58,549 nucleotides of DNA from Chloroflexota bacterium. Lineage in GTDB: Bacteria > Chloroflexota > Dormibacteria > CF-121. The notes below the pieces were generated by a model that ran no database searches, was not told the origin of the DNA, and saw only the letters and a program-made list of their open reading frames with translations. The stretch spans positions 1 to 58,549 of the forward strand of contig VBHQ01000161.1 in assembly GCA_005880395.1 (NCBI GenBank), given 5' to 3'. Of this stretch, positions 44,027 to 54,080 are shown in pieces. Made by a program: the position numbers and the translations under genes. Position 1 is the stretch's first letter; every line of letters begins with the position of its first letter.

Positions 44027-45898
44027 GTGGCGACCACAACGCAAAGGGCGGCTCCGATCACGGAGCGGCCCGACTATCTCAAAGAGCGACTGAAGGCGCT
44101 GCCCGAGACGCCCGGCGTCTACCTGATGCGCGATGCGCAGGGCCGGGTGATCTACGCCGGCAAGGCGCTCAGCCTTCGCAACCGGGTTCCGAATTACTTC
44201 CAGGCCTCGAGCGTGCTGCCCGAGCACATTGCGGCCATGGTCGCCCGGGTCTACGAGTTCGAGGTGATCACCACGGCGACGGAAAAAGAGGCGCTGGTCC
44301 TCGAGCAGACGATGATCAAGCGTCACCGGCCGCGCTTCAACATCCGGTTGCGGGACGACAAGAACTACCTCTATATCAAGCTGCCGCTCAACGAGGACTT
44401 CCCGCGGATCACGCTGGTCCGGCGTCCCGGCACCGACGGCGCTCGCTACTGGGGGCCGTACACCCACGCGATCGCGTTGCGGACGACGCTCAAGACGGTG
44501 CGGCGGGTGATTCCCTACCGCAGCTGCAAGGACTCGGAGTTCGCGCTCGGCCGGCCGTGCTTTTATTACCACCTCAATCTGTGTCCTGCACCCTGTGCCG
44601 GATTCATCAACCGCGAGGCGTATCACGAGCAACTGGAACAGGTGGCGAGCTTTCTCGACGGGCGGTCCGACCAGGTGGCTCGCCGGCTGAAGCAGCAGAT
44701 GCAGACGGCGGCGGACAAGCTCGAATACGAGGCGGCGGCGCGCTATCGCGACCGGCTGGACGCGATGGAGCGAATGGCGGAGCGCCAGAAAGTCCTGGCG
44801 ATGAGCCGCTACGACCAGGATCTCTTCGGGCTGGCCCGCGCCAACGCCCAGGGATCGGTCCGCGTGTTCAGTGTGCGGGAGGGGCGGCTCTCCGGATCGG
44901 AGAACTTTGACCTCGTCGGCCTCGGTAAGGAGCAATCGAGCGGCGACATCCTCAATGCCTTCGTGAGCCAGTACTACGCGAACGCCACCCATATCCCAAA
45001 GGACGTGTTCGTCCCGGAGGTGCTGCCCGATCGTGAGCTGATCGAGCAATGGTTGAGCGAACGTCGCGGTAGTCAGGTCACCGTGCGCGTCCCGCAGCGG
45101 GGCAAGCAGCGAGAACTGCTGCAGCAGGCGGCGGCCAACGCGCAAGAGACGATGCGCCAGATGCGCATCACGCTCGATTACGACGCCGCCCGGACCAGCT
45201 CGCTGCTCAACGACCTGCAGGCGAAGCTGGAACTGCCCCAGCTGCCGGTTCGAATCGAGTGCTACGACATCTCGAATATCCAGGGGCAGTCGCCGGTCGG
45301 TTCGATGGTGGTCTTTGAAGACGGTCGCCCAAAGCCGGCTCACTACCGGCACTTCCGGATCAAGACGGTCCAGGGCGCCAATGACTTCGCCATGCTGCAG
45401 GAAGTTCTTCGCCGGCGCTTCGGCCGGCTGGCTCGCTCCGAAGAGGGCATCCCGGAGGAGCCGAGTTTCAGTCACGTCCCGGACTTGCTCCTCGTCGACG
45501 GCGGCAAGGGGCAGCTGTCGGCGGCGCGTGAGGTCATGGAGGGGATGGGGGTGGCCGATGTGCCAACCTTTGGGCTCGCGAAGGAGCAGGAGGAGCTGTT
45601 CGGCCCGGGACAGAGCGAGCCGATCCGGCTGCCGCTCGACTCCGAGGCCATGTTCCTGGTGCAGCGGATCCGCGACGAGGCGCACCGTTTTGCGATCACG
45701 TTTCACCGGGTGGTGCGCAAGAAGCATGCCTTCGAATCGGTGCTCGACGGGATCAGTGGCCTTGGGCCGGTCCGGCGCCGGGCGCTGCTTCGCCAGTTCG
45801 GGAGCGTGGAGAGCATCCGGAGCGCAAGCGTCGAGGAGTTGATGGCGGTCAAGGGCATCACCCGCCCGGTCGCGGTCGCCATCAAGGAAATCCTCTGA
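44027..45898 (+). CDS. uvrC: Excinuclease ABC subunit C
   Basis: 623 aa. GIY-YIG domain PGVYLMRDAQGRVIYAGKA...RN. UVR motif LEYEAAARYRDRL. RNase H-like endonuclease domain. C-terminal (HhH)2 segment GLGPVRRRALLRQFGS. Confidence 0.95.
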   Translation: MATTTQRAAPITERPDYLKERLKALPETPGVYLMRDAQGRVIYAGKALSLRNRVPNYFQASSVLPEHIAAMVARVYEFEVITTATEKEALVLEQTMIKRHRPRFNIRLRDDKNYLYIKLPLNEDFPRITLVRRPGTDGARYWGPYTHAIALRTTLKTVRRVIPYRSCKDSEFALGRPCFYYHLNLCPAPCAGFINREAYHEQLEQVASFLDGRSDQVARRLKQQMQTAADKLEYEAAARYRDRLDAMERMAERQKVLAMSRYDQDLFGLARANAQGSVRVFSVREGRLSGSENFDLVGLGKEQSSGDILNAFVSQYYANATHIPKDVFVPEVLPDRELIEQWLSERRGSQVTVRVPQRGKQRELLQQAAANAQETMRQMRITLDYDAARTSSLLNDLQAKLELPQLPVRIECYDISNIQGQSPVGSMVVFEDGRPKPAHYRHFRIKTVQGANDFAMLQEVLRRRFGRLARSEEGIPEEPSFSHVPDLLLVDGGKGQLSAAREVMEGMGVADVPTFGLAKEQEELFGPGQSEPIRLPLDSEAMFLVQRIRDEAHRFAITFHRVVRKKHAFESVLDGISGLGPVRRRALLRQFGSVESIRSASVEELMAVKGITRPVAVAIKEIL

Positions 45899-45910
45899 GA
45901 TAATCGTCCC

Positions 45911-46114
45911 GTGGAGCACCCGGTCAACCGCTGCTCGTTTTGCAACCGGAAGCAAAGCGAAGTCCGCCGGCTGATCGCCGGCCCCGGCGTCTACATCTGC
46001 AACCAGTGCGTCGCCCTCTGCAACGAGGTGCTGGCTCAGGAGTTGCCCCCCGACCAGCCAGGGGCCCCCAAGCCTGGGGGTGGCTGGATCGGCAAGGTCT
46101 TCAGCCACCGCTAG
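45911..46114 (+). CDS. Stand-alone ClpX-type C4 zinc-finger protein
   Basis: 67 aa with a GTG start 13 nt after the uvrC stop. [34 protein letters not shown] closely parallels the ClpX N-terminal zinc-binding domain (CSFCGK...KLIAGP.VYICDECV.LC). No AAA+ module follows. Confidence 0.8.
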   Translation: MEHPVNRCSFCNRKQSEVRRLIAGPGVYICNQCVALCNEVLAQELPPDQPGAPKPGGGWIGKVFSHR

Positions 46115-46159
46115 CCCGCAAAGAGCGCCAGCCTAGCCACGAACCGGCGTTATAGGGGC

Positions 46160-47863
46160 GTGCCGGACTCGGCCGAACTGTCCAGCGCCCTCGGCCAGGC
46201 CCTCGAGCAGGGGCGCCAATTCGTGGCGCGCCTCGAAGCGGTGAGCGGAACGGTCGCGGCGGAACTGGCGCGCCATGAGCAGTCCGGCCAGGCATGGGGC
46301 GCCGAGCGTCACGCCCTTCAGGAGGAAACGGCCAAACTCCACCAGCAGCTGGACGGCGTCAATAGCGCCCTGGCCGGTATTCGGGACACCGTCCGCCGCC
46401 TGGAACAGGAACGGGACCAGGTTTCAGCCGACCGAGACCAGCAGCGTCACGCCCGCGAGGCGGCGGAGCAGGAAGTCGCGACCAGCGCCGCGGACCTGGC
46501 CAAGCTGCGCGAGCAGCTGGGGCTGGTGACTCGGGACCGGGACGCGTTACAAGCCGACCAGATTCAATGGGGCGTGGATCGCGAACAGCTGCTGGCGGAG
46601 CAGCAAAAGCTGAAGGAGCGGGCCTCCGCCCTGGAGGCGGATCTTGCCAGCGAGCGCACGGAGTACGAGGCCCTGCAGACCCAGCATGCGGAGATGACGG
46701 AGCAGTCGAACAAGCTGGCAGCCGATTGGGCCGTCCGTCGACAGGCGCTTGCGACCGAGATCGCCGCACAGAACGAGGAGATGGAGCAGGTGCGCAAGGC
46801 CCTGCAGGGGGCTGAGGAGCGCAGCCGGCGCCCGGCGCCCGCACCCGTCGCCCTCAGCCATGCGGTTTCCGGGCTTTCCGCGGAGACCAGCCACATCATC
46901 AATTCCCGCCTGAACGCCCTGATCGGGTTCTCGAGCGTCCTGCTCGACGAACGTGCCAATCCGCTTAGTGTCGAAGAGCGGCGAGAGTACATCAAGTACC
47001 TGCACGACAGCGCGGTCAAGCTTGGCCAAACGGTGCATGCCCTGACCGGAAGCCGCCCGGCGCCGGCCGAAGCAACGAGCACCGTCGTCGACACCGATCG
47101 GCGGCCGCCGGACATCCTGGTTGCCGACAACGACCAGGCGTCCCGTCAGCGCATCGAGCCGTTCCTCAAGCGAGCGGGCTACGAGGTCGTCTACGTCGAG
47201 AGCGGGCCGCGCGCCCTCGAGAAGGCGGGGCACCTGCAGCCGCTGGCGATCCTCATCGATGGCCAGATCCCGCCGAGCGGAGCCCAGGCGCTCGTCCGCG
47301 AGCTGCGCAAAGACCCGCGGACGAGGGAGATCCCCATGGTGCTCCTCTCATCGCCGAACAGCCCGCCGCTGGCCATCGCCGAGTGCGAGGTCCTCCTCAA
47401 GCCGATCGACCGCCAACAGCTGGTGCAGCTGATGGTGCGCTTCGATCTGATGGCCGACACGAAGCGGGCGCGCAAGATGCCCGCGAACGTGCTCGTCGTC
47501 GACGACGATCCTCAGGCGCTCACCCTGGTCAAGGCGATCTTGAAGCCATTCAACGTCCGCGTGGCAGCCGTCGATGGGGGGAAGGCCGGGATCGAGCAGG
47601 CGCTGCGCAACAAGCCGGATCTCCTGATCGTCGACTTGCTGATGCCCGACGTGGACGGCTTCGAGGTGGTGACGGCGCTGCGCCGCGATCGCGAGATGAG
47701 CCGGATGCCGATCCTGGTGCACACCGCGAAAACCCTGACGGCTGAAGATCGCCAGCGCCTCGAGGGCAAGGTCGAGTCGATCGTCGAGAAGGCGGAGTTT
47801 CAGCCCGAGCGCTTTCTCGAACTCCTCCTCAAACGGGGGGAGCGTCGGAAGAGAGCGGCTTAG
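46160..47863 (+). CDS. Coiled-coil protein with a DHp/HisKA-like segment and two receiver domains, no HATPase domain
   Basis: 567 aa. Residues ~1-215 are heptad-rich (E/Q/L/A/R). SAETSHIINSRLNALIGFSSVLLDE...REYIKYLHDSAVKLGQTV looks like a HisKA H-box. REC1 is ILVADNDQASR...LAILIDGQIPP...LLKP. REC2 is VLVVDDDPQAL...DLLIVDLLMPDVDGFEVV...PILVHTAK. No N/G1/G2 ATP-binding boxes are seen. Confidence 0.8.
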   Translation: MPDSAELSSALGQALEQGRQFVARLEAVSGTVAAELARHEQSGQAWGAERHALQEETAKLHQQLDGVNSALAGIRDTVRRLEQERDQVSADRDQQRHAREAAEQEVATSAADLAKLREQLGLVTRDRDALQADQIQWGVDREQLLAEQQKLKERASALEADLASERTEYEALQTQHAEMTEQSNKLAADWAVRRQALATEIAAQNEEMEQVRKALQGAEERSRRPAPAPVALSHAVSGLSAETSHIINSRLNALIGFSSVLLDERANPLSVEERREYIKYLHDSAVKLGQTVHALTGSRPAPAEATSTVVDTDRRPPDILVADNDQASRQRIEPFLKRAGYEVVYVESGPRALEKAGHLQPLAILIDGQIPPSGAQALVRELRKDPRTREIPMVLLSSPNSPPLAIAECEVLLKPIDRQQLVQLMVRFDLMADTKRARKMPANVLVVDDDPQALTLVKAILKPFNVRVAAVDGGKAGIEQALRNKPDLLIVDLLMPDVDGFEVVTALRRDREMSRMPILVHTAKTLTAEDRQRLEGKVESIVEKAEFQPERFLELLLKRGERRKRAA

Positions 47864-47899
47864 CGGCGCGCCGGACGGCTGCGCGTCGGCGCGCGCCGG
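47864..47899. terminator. GC-rich hairpin between convergent genes (bidirectional terminator candidate)
   Basis: CGGCGCGCCGGACG (47864-47877) pairs with CGTCGGCGCGCGCCGG (47884-47899), with one or two bulges. It fills the whole 36-nt gap between the two stop codons. Confidence 0.5.
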
Positions 47900-48739
47900 C
47901 TACGCTTCGCTAACGACTTCGCCGGCGGGCATGTTTGCTTCAGAAGGCCGCGGCTCCGCCTTTCGCGCCCGTTGCTCTTGTCGTAGTAGATAGGCGATGA
48001 TCGGGAGCGTCAGGACGATCACGACGATCGCGGTCACCTGCGCCTGCTTCAGCCCGCCGAGGATCACGATGTTCTCGCGCAGGAAGAAGATGAAGAACTG
48101 GCTGACCGAGTAGAGCAGGATGTAGAGCATCGCGAGCATGCCTTCCGGATGGATTCGCTTGCGGAGGCTCCACAAGATCAGGAAGAGGGCCAGGCTGATC
48201 AGCAGCTCATAGAGACTGGCCGGCTGCACCGGCGTGTTGAGCGGACCGAACGTCTGTTGGTTGGTGTATTCGAAGCCCCAGCCGTTCGTCTTGTAGCCGA
48301 CGATGTCGCCGTTGATGATGTTGCCAACCCGACCGATCGTCTGTCCGATCGTCATGCCCAGCGCCCCGACATCGAGCAGGCTCCACACCGGGATCCGCCA
48401 GCGCCAGGCCGAGATGATCAGGGCGAGCGCGCCGCCGAACATGGCGCCGAAGAAGGCCATACCGCCCTGCCAGACGGCGATGATCTCCACCGGATGATGC
48501 AGATAAAAGGAGGGGTTGTTCTGCACGACGTAATACAGCCGGCCGCCGAGGATGCCGAGGACGGCGGCCAGCAACGCCACGTTCATCAGCTGGTCGCGGC
48601 TGATGCCCCGGCGCGGTGCGTCCGCCAGCGCGACCTGGATCCCGGCATAGAGCCCGAGGGCGATCATGATCCCGTACCAGTGGATCTTCAGACCCCCGAT
48701 CGTGACCAGGACAGGATCGATGCCGATCTTGATCAGCAC
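47900..48739 (-). CDS. lgt: Prolipoprotein diacylglyceryl transferase
   Basis: 279 aa. The N-terminus LKIHWYGIMIALG plus GGRLYYV, GRVGN.INGD and multiple TM helices are typical of Lgt. Confidence 0.92.
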   Translation of the reverse strand: MLIKIGIDPVLVTIGGLKIHWYGIMIALGLYAGIQVALADAPRRGISRDQLMNVALLAAVLGILGGRLYYVVQNNPSFYLHHPVEIIAVWQGGMAFFGAMFGGALALIISAWRWRIPVWSLLDVGALGMTIGQTIGRVGNIINGDIVGYKTNGWGFEYTNQQTFGPLNTPVQPASLYELLISLALFLILWSLRKRIHPEGMLAMLYILLYSVSQFFIFFLRENIVILGGLKQAQVTAIVVIVLTLPIIAYLLRQEQRARKAEPRPSEANMPAGEVVSEA

Positions 48740-48761
48740 CGGCCCAGTTTAATGTCTACGC

Positions 48762-49598
48762 GTGCGAGATAAGCCCTCGTTTACCGACGAAGTCAAGGCG
48801 GAGCTGGCCAACGTCCAGCCCGCCCGGCCCTGCTGCCAGGAAGCGGAATTGGCGGCTCTCGCCACGGCGTTTGCCGGGGTTGCCGATGGGGCCGCGCTGC
48901 GCCTTCGGATCCCGCGCAACGCGGTCGCCCGCAAGATCGTCCATCTGGCCAGGACCGCGGGCGGCCGGGTCGACACGCTCCAAAAGGGCTCGACGGAGAA
49001 ACGACCGAGCTATCAGCTCCGGCTCACCTTGCCGCAGGGGCGGGGCTCGGCCGACGCCTGTTGCGCTCGGGCGATTCTTCGGGGCGCCTTTCTCGCGCGC
49101 GGCGTCATCGGTAACCCGGCGGACGCCTATCACCTCGAGATGGCGCTACCCTCCGGCAGCGTGCTCCTCGAGGCAGCGGCGACGCGCGCCGAAGTCGGCT
49201 TTCGCCGCGTGAGCCGCCGGGGTCGCTGCGTCTATTACCTCAAGGGAGCCGATTCGATCTCTCGCCTGCTTCGCCTGATGGGCGCCAACCGTGCCGTGAT
49301 GCGCTTCGAGCACGACCGTATCCTCCGGGACATGCGCGGGCAGGCCAACCGCCGCGCCAACAGTGAAACCGCCAACGTGGACAAGCAAATGCGGGCCGCC
49401 CTCCAGCAGTCGGCGGCGATCCGGCGATTGAAGGCCCGCGACCGGCGTCTTCTGACCCTACCGGCCGCTCTGCGCGAGGTTGCCGAGCTGCGCTCGACGC
49501 ATCCCCGTGCCAGCCTCCGGGAGCTGGCCGACCTCTCGCAGCTGAGCCGGGCCGCCGTCGCCAACCGGTTGCGCCGGCTGCTTGCCGTGCCGATTTGA
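48762..49598 (+). CDS. whiA: DNA-binding protein WhiA
   Basis: 278 aa. SFTDEVKAELANVQPARPCCQEAELAAL is the WhiA N-terminus. A degenerate LAGLIDADG-like region (RGAFLARGVI) is followed by a C-terminal HTH (SLRELADL..LSRAAVANRLRRL). Confidence 0.9.
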   Translation: MRDKPSFTDEVKAELANVQPARPCCQEAELAALATAFAGVADGAALRLRIPRNAVARKIVHLARTAGGRVDTLQKGSTEKRPSYQLRLTLPQGRGSADACCARAILRGAFLARGVIGNPADAYHLEMALPSGSVLLEAAATRAEVGFRRVSRRGRCVYYLKGADSISRLLRLMGANRAVMRFEHDRILRDMRGQANRRANSETANVDKQMRAALQQSAAIRRLKARDRRLLTLPAALREVAELRSTHPRASLRELADLSQLSRAAVANRLRRLLAVPI

Positions 49599-49608
49599 AA
49601 TGGTCTAA

Positions 49609-50530
<922 letters not shown>

Positions 50531-50556
50531 GCGCCCACGCCACGACGAGCGGCGGG

Positions 50557-51747
50557 CTGCAGAAGGCCACCATCCGCGACGTCGACGTGGCGGGACGGCG
50601 GGTCCTGGTTCGAGTCGACTTCAACGTCCCGCTCGAGGACGGTCGCATCCTCGACGACACCCGCATCCGCGAGGCGGTGCCCACCATCAAGGACCTGGTC
50701 GAGCGCAATGCGCGGGTCATCCTCATGACCCACCTCGGGCGGCCCGACGGTGAGGTCGATGAGAAGGCGCGAACCACTCCGCTGGCCGAGCGCCTCAGCG
50801 AGCTGATCGGCAGGCCGGTCGAGCACCTCGATGATTGCATTGGCGCGCAGGTGGAGCAGGCCGTAGGGGCGATGCATGACGGCGACATCATCATGCTCGA
50901 GAACGTCCGTTTTCATTCCGGCGAGACGAAGAATGACCCCGAGTTCGCCAGGCAGCTGGCCTCGCTCGGCGACCTGTACGTCAACGACGCGTTTGGCACG
51001 GCCCACCGCGCACACGCCTCGACTGCCGGCATCGCGCATTACCTGCCGGCGGTGGCCGGGCTCCTGATGGAGCGCGAGATCCGTACCCTGGGCAAGGTCA
51101 TGTCCGACCCGCCGCATCCACTGGTCGCGATCATCGGGGGCTCGAAGATTTCGACAAAAATCGGCGTGCTGCGGAGCCTGCTGGAGCGGGTCGATCGGCT
51201 CTGTGTCGGCGGCGCGATGGCCTGCACCTTCTTGAAGGCCAAAGGGCTCTCGATGGGGCGCTCGCTCGTCGAAGAAGACCAGCTCGAGGTGGCGCGCTCG
51301 CTCCTCTCGGGCGGCTCCGGGCGCGCCGGTGGCCTGGTGTTGCCGCTCGACGCCGTGGTTGCCGAGGACGCGCGGGCCGGGGTCAAGACCGAGACCGTCG
51401 CCATCGATTCGGTGCCGGCGGACATGAAGGTGCTCGACGTTGGTCCAATGACCGTCGAGCGCTTCTTGCAGACGTGTGACGGCGCGGCGGCGGTGGTGTG
51501 GAATGGCCCGCTGGGCGTCTATGAGGTGCCGCCGTTCGACCATGGAACCGATGCGCTGGCGCACGGCCTGGCTGGGAGCGACGCCGAGACGATCATCGGT
51601 GGCGGCGACCTGGTGGCGGCGCTCGAAAAGCAGCATCTGGCGGAAAGGATGTCGTTCGTCTCGACCGGCGGCGGCGCGACGCTCGAGTTCCTGGAAGGGA
51701 AGACGCTCCCTGGGATCGCCGCACTACAGGACAGGCGGCCCGGATGA
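50557..51747 (+). CDS. pgk: Phosphoglycerate kinase (start unresolved; CTG 50557 or GTG 50587)
   Basis: [11 protein letters not shown], the hinge and the C-terminal GGGD...[15 protein letters not shown] motifs are present. The conserved N-terminal [11 protein letters not shown] lies upstream of the first canonical start (GTG 50587). The only in-frame candidate there is CTG 50557. Confidence 0.9.
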   Translation: MQKATIRDVDVAGRRVLVRVDFNVPLEDGRILDDTRIREAVPTIKDLVERNARVILMTHLGRPDGEVDEKARTTPLAERLSELIGRPVEHLDDCIGAQVEQAVGAMHDGDIIMLENVRFHSGETKNDPEFARQLASLGDLYVNDAFGTAHRAHASTAGIAHYLPAVAGLLMEREIRTLGKVMSDPPHPLVAIIGGSKISTKIGVLRSLLERVDRLCVGGAMACTFLKAKGLSMGRSLVEEDQLEVARSLLSGGSGRAGGLVLPLDAVVAEDARAGVKTETVAIDSVPADMKVLDVGPMTVERFLQTCDGAAAVVWNGPLGVYEVPPFDHGTDALAHGLAGSDAETIIGGGDLVAALEKQHLAERMSFVSTGGGATLEFLEGKTLPGIAALQDRRPG

Positions 51748-51768
51748 TCGGGGTTGCGGGATTGCCGC

Positions 51769-52548
51769 ATGATGCGTAGGCCGCTGATCTCGGGCAACTG
51801 GAAGATGCACTTCACCGTGCCGGAGGGGCTCGAGTATGCGCTTCATCTGCGACAGGACCTCAGCCCCTACGCCGCACTCGTCGACGTGCTGATTCTTCCC
51901 CCTTCGGTAATGCTCTGGGAAATCGCCAACGCGCTGCGCGGATCACCGATCAAAGTCGGCGCGCAAAACGCTGGATGGGAGGACCAGGGCGCGTTTACCG
52001 GCGAGATTTCGCCCAAGATGCTCGCCGGCTGGTGCGAGTACCTGTTGATCGGGCACTCCGAACGGCGTCAGGTCTTCCGCGAGACCGACGAGGAGCTGAA
52101 CCGCAAAGTTCGAGCCGCCTTCCGGCATCGTCTGAAGGTGATCCTGGCCGTCGGGGAGACGCTCGAGGAATACGACGCCGGTCGCACAGCCGACGTGATC
52201 ACCCTGCAAATGACGGCTGGTCTTTATCAGGTCGAGCTGCAACATCCAGTCGACCTTTCGATCGCCTACGAACCGGTGTGGGCGATCGGCACCGGACGGG
52301 CGGCCACGCCCGAATATGCCAATGAAACGATGGCGCTCATCCGCCGCCTTCTGGTTCGCAATTTCGGCGAGGCCGCCTCGGCGATGCGCGTCATTTACGG
52401 CGGGAGCGTGACGCCGGCTAACGCACGGAGCTTGATGGCACAGCAAGAGATCGATGGCGCGCTGGTGGGGGGCGCCAGTCTCAAGGCCGGCGATTTCACC
52501 CAGATCGTCAAGGCAGCCGCCGAGGTGACCGAGTCGCAGCGGGTGTAG
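51769..52548 (+). CDS. tpiA: Triosephosphate isomerase
   Basis: [14 protein letters not shown]..., [18 protein letters not shown] and YGGSV motifs are present. The start is taken at ATG 51769; ATG 51772 is an alternative. Confidence 0.94.
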   Translation: MMRRPLISGNWKMHFTVPEGLEYALHLRQDLSPYAALVDVLILPPSVMLWEIANALRGSPIKVGAQNAGWEDQGAFTGEISPKMLAGWCEYLLIGHSERRQVFRETDEELNRKVRAAFRHRLKVILAVGETLEEYDAGRTADVITLQMTAGLYQVELQHPVDLSIAYEPVWAIGTGRAATPEYANETMALIRRLLVRNFGEAASAMRVIYGGSVTPANARSLMAQQEIDGALVGGASLKAGDFTQIVKAAAEVTESQRV

Positions 52549-52550
52549 CC

Positions 52551-54080
52551 AGGGCGGCGCTCGTTCTGGTCATCATCGACGGTTGGGGTTACCGCAGGGA
52601 AACGGCCGGGAATGCGATCGCCGCCGCGAACACGCCGAATTGGGATACGCTCTGGAAGCGCTGGCCGCACACCGTCCTTGCGGCGGCCGGGGAACCGGTC
52701 GGCCTTCCCGCCGGCCAGCAGGGAAACTCGGAGGTCGGCCACCTGAATATCGGAGCCGGCCGCATCGTGTATCAGGACCTGACCCGCATCAACCGCGCCA
52801 TCGACGACGGAAGCTTTGAAAAAAACCCGACGCTGATCGCTGCGATGCAGTCGGCGGCGAGCGGCCACGCGCTGCACCTGATGGGCCTGGTGTCGCCCGG
52901 CGGGGTCCATAGCCTCGACCAGCATCTCTATGCCCTCTTGCGAATGGCGCGCCGATTCGGCCTCCGCGACGTGTACGTTCATGCCTTCACCGATGGGCGG
53001 GATGAACCGCCGACCAGCGCGGCCGGTTACGTGCAGGCGCTGCTCCAGCAGTTGCAACAGATTGGGACCGGCCGGATCGCGTCGATCAGCGGGCGGTATT
53101 ACGCGATGGATCGGGATAAACGTTGGGACCGCACCGAGCGCGCCTACCGGACGGTGGTCGAGGCAACGGGCCCAACGGTCACCGACCCGGTCGCCTTCAT
53201 CAAGCAAAGCTATCAAGCCGGCAAGACCGACGAATTCCTGATCCCGACGCGCATCGAACCTCCCGGCGGTCACCCCGTGCCGCCGATCGCCGACGGGGAC
53301 AGCGTGATCTTCTTCAACTTCCGGCCCGACCGGGCACGGCAGTTGAGCCACGCCATCGCCGATGACGAGTGGCAGGCATTCGAGCGCAAGCGGCGACCGC
53401 GCCTGGCGCACTTTGTCACCTTCACCGAGTACGAGAAGGGTCTTCCGGCCGAAGTCGCGTTCGCCGACGAGCCGCTCGAGGGCGTGGTAGCCCAGGTCGT
53501 TTCGGATGCCGGTTGGCACCAGTTCCACACCGCCGAGACCGAGAAGTATGCGCATGTCACCTATTTCCTCAACGGCGGGCGGGAGGCTCCGTTCCCGGGT
53601 GAAGACCGCCTCCTGGTTCCGTCGCCTAAGGTCGCGACCTATGACCTGAAGCCGGAGATGAGCGCCCGGCCCGTCACCGACGAGCTGCTCGACCGCTGGC
53701 GGCAGGGAAGCTACCGATTTGTGGTCGTCAACTTTGCCAACCCGGACATGGTTGGCCATACGGGGCTGTTTCCGGCAACGGTGAAAGCGGTCGAGGTCGT
53801 CGACGCGATGTTGGGCCGCATCGCTCCGGCGGTCCTCGAGGGCGGCGGCATTCTTGCCGTCACCGCCGACCACGGCAACGCCGAGCTCAAGATCGACGCC
53901 GAAACTGGGAAGCCGCTGACGGCGCACACGACCAGCCCGGTGCCGCTGATCGTCGCCGGAGCCGAATCGCTGAACGCGCTGCGCGATGGCGGAAAGCTTG
54001 GCGACGTCGCGCCGACGTTGCTGCCGCTGGTCGGATTGCAGCCGGCTCGCGAGATGGACGGCGACGACCTAGGGCGTTGA
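52551..54080 (+). CDS. gpmI: 2,3-bisphosphoglycerate-independent phosphoglycerate mutase (no canonical start codon found)
   Basis: The frame is open and family-like from ..ALVLVIIDGWGYR..NAIAAANTPNWDTLW..PHT.L.A.G..VGLP.GQQGNSEVGHLNIGAGRIVYQDL onward. The first ATG/GTG/TTG in frame is only at 52767, after these conserved N-terminal motifs. In-frame alternatives are CTG 52566 and ATC 52572/52575. Length from 52551 is 509 codons, which is normal for the family. Confidence 0.85.
   Translation, partial: RAALVLVIIDGWGYRRETAGNAIAAANTPNWDTLWKRWPHTVLAAAGEPVGLPAGQQGNSEVGHLNIGAGRIVYQDLTRINRAIDDGSFEKNPTLIAAMQSAASGHALHLMGLVSPGGVHSLDQHLYALLRMARRFGLRDVYVHAFTDGRDEPPTSAAGYVQALLQQLQQIGTGRIASISGRYYAMDRDKRWDRTERAYRTVVEATGPTVTDPVAFIKQSYQAGKTDEFLIPTRIEPPGGHPVPPIADGDSVIFFNFRPDRARQLSHAIADDEWQAFERKRRPRLAHFVTFTEYEKGLPAEVAFADEPLEGVVAQVVSDAGWHQFHTAETEKYAHVTYFLNGGREAPFPGEDRLLVPSPKVATYDLKPEMSARPVTDELLDRWRQGSYRFVVVNFANPDMVGHTGLFPATVKAVEVVDAMLGRIAPAVLEGGGILAVTADHGNAELKIDAETGKPLTAHTTSPVPLIVAGAESLNALRDGGKLGDVAPTLLPLVGLQPAREMDGDDLGR

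Noticed and set aside
43880-46108. 742-aa ORF antisense to uvrC and the ClpX-ZBD gene
   Set aside because: The opposite strand encodes a full-length UvrC with GIY-YIG, UVR and HhH motifs. The antisense translation has low-complexity Arg/Leu/Pro/Asp composition.
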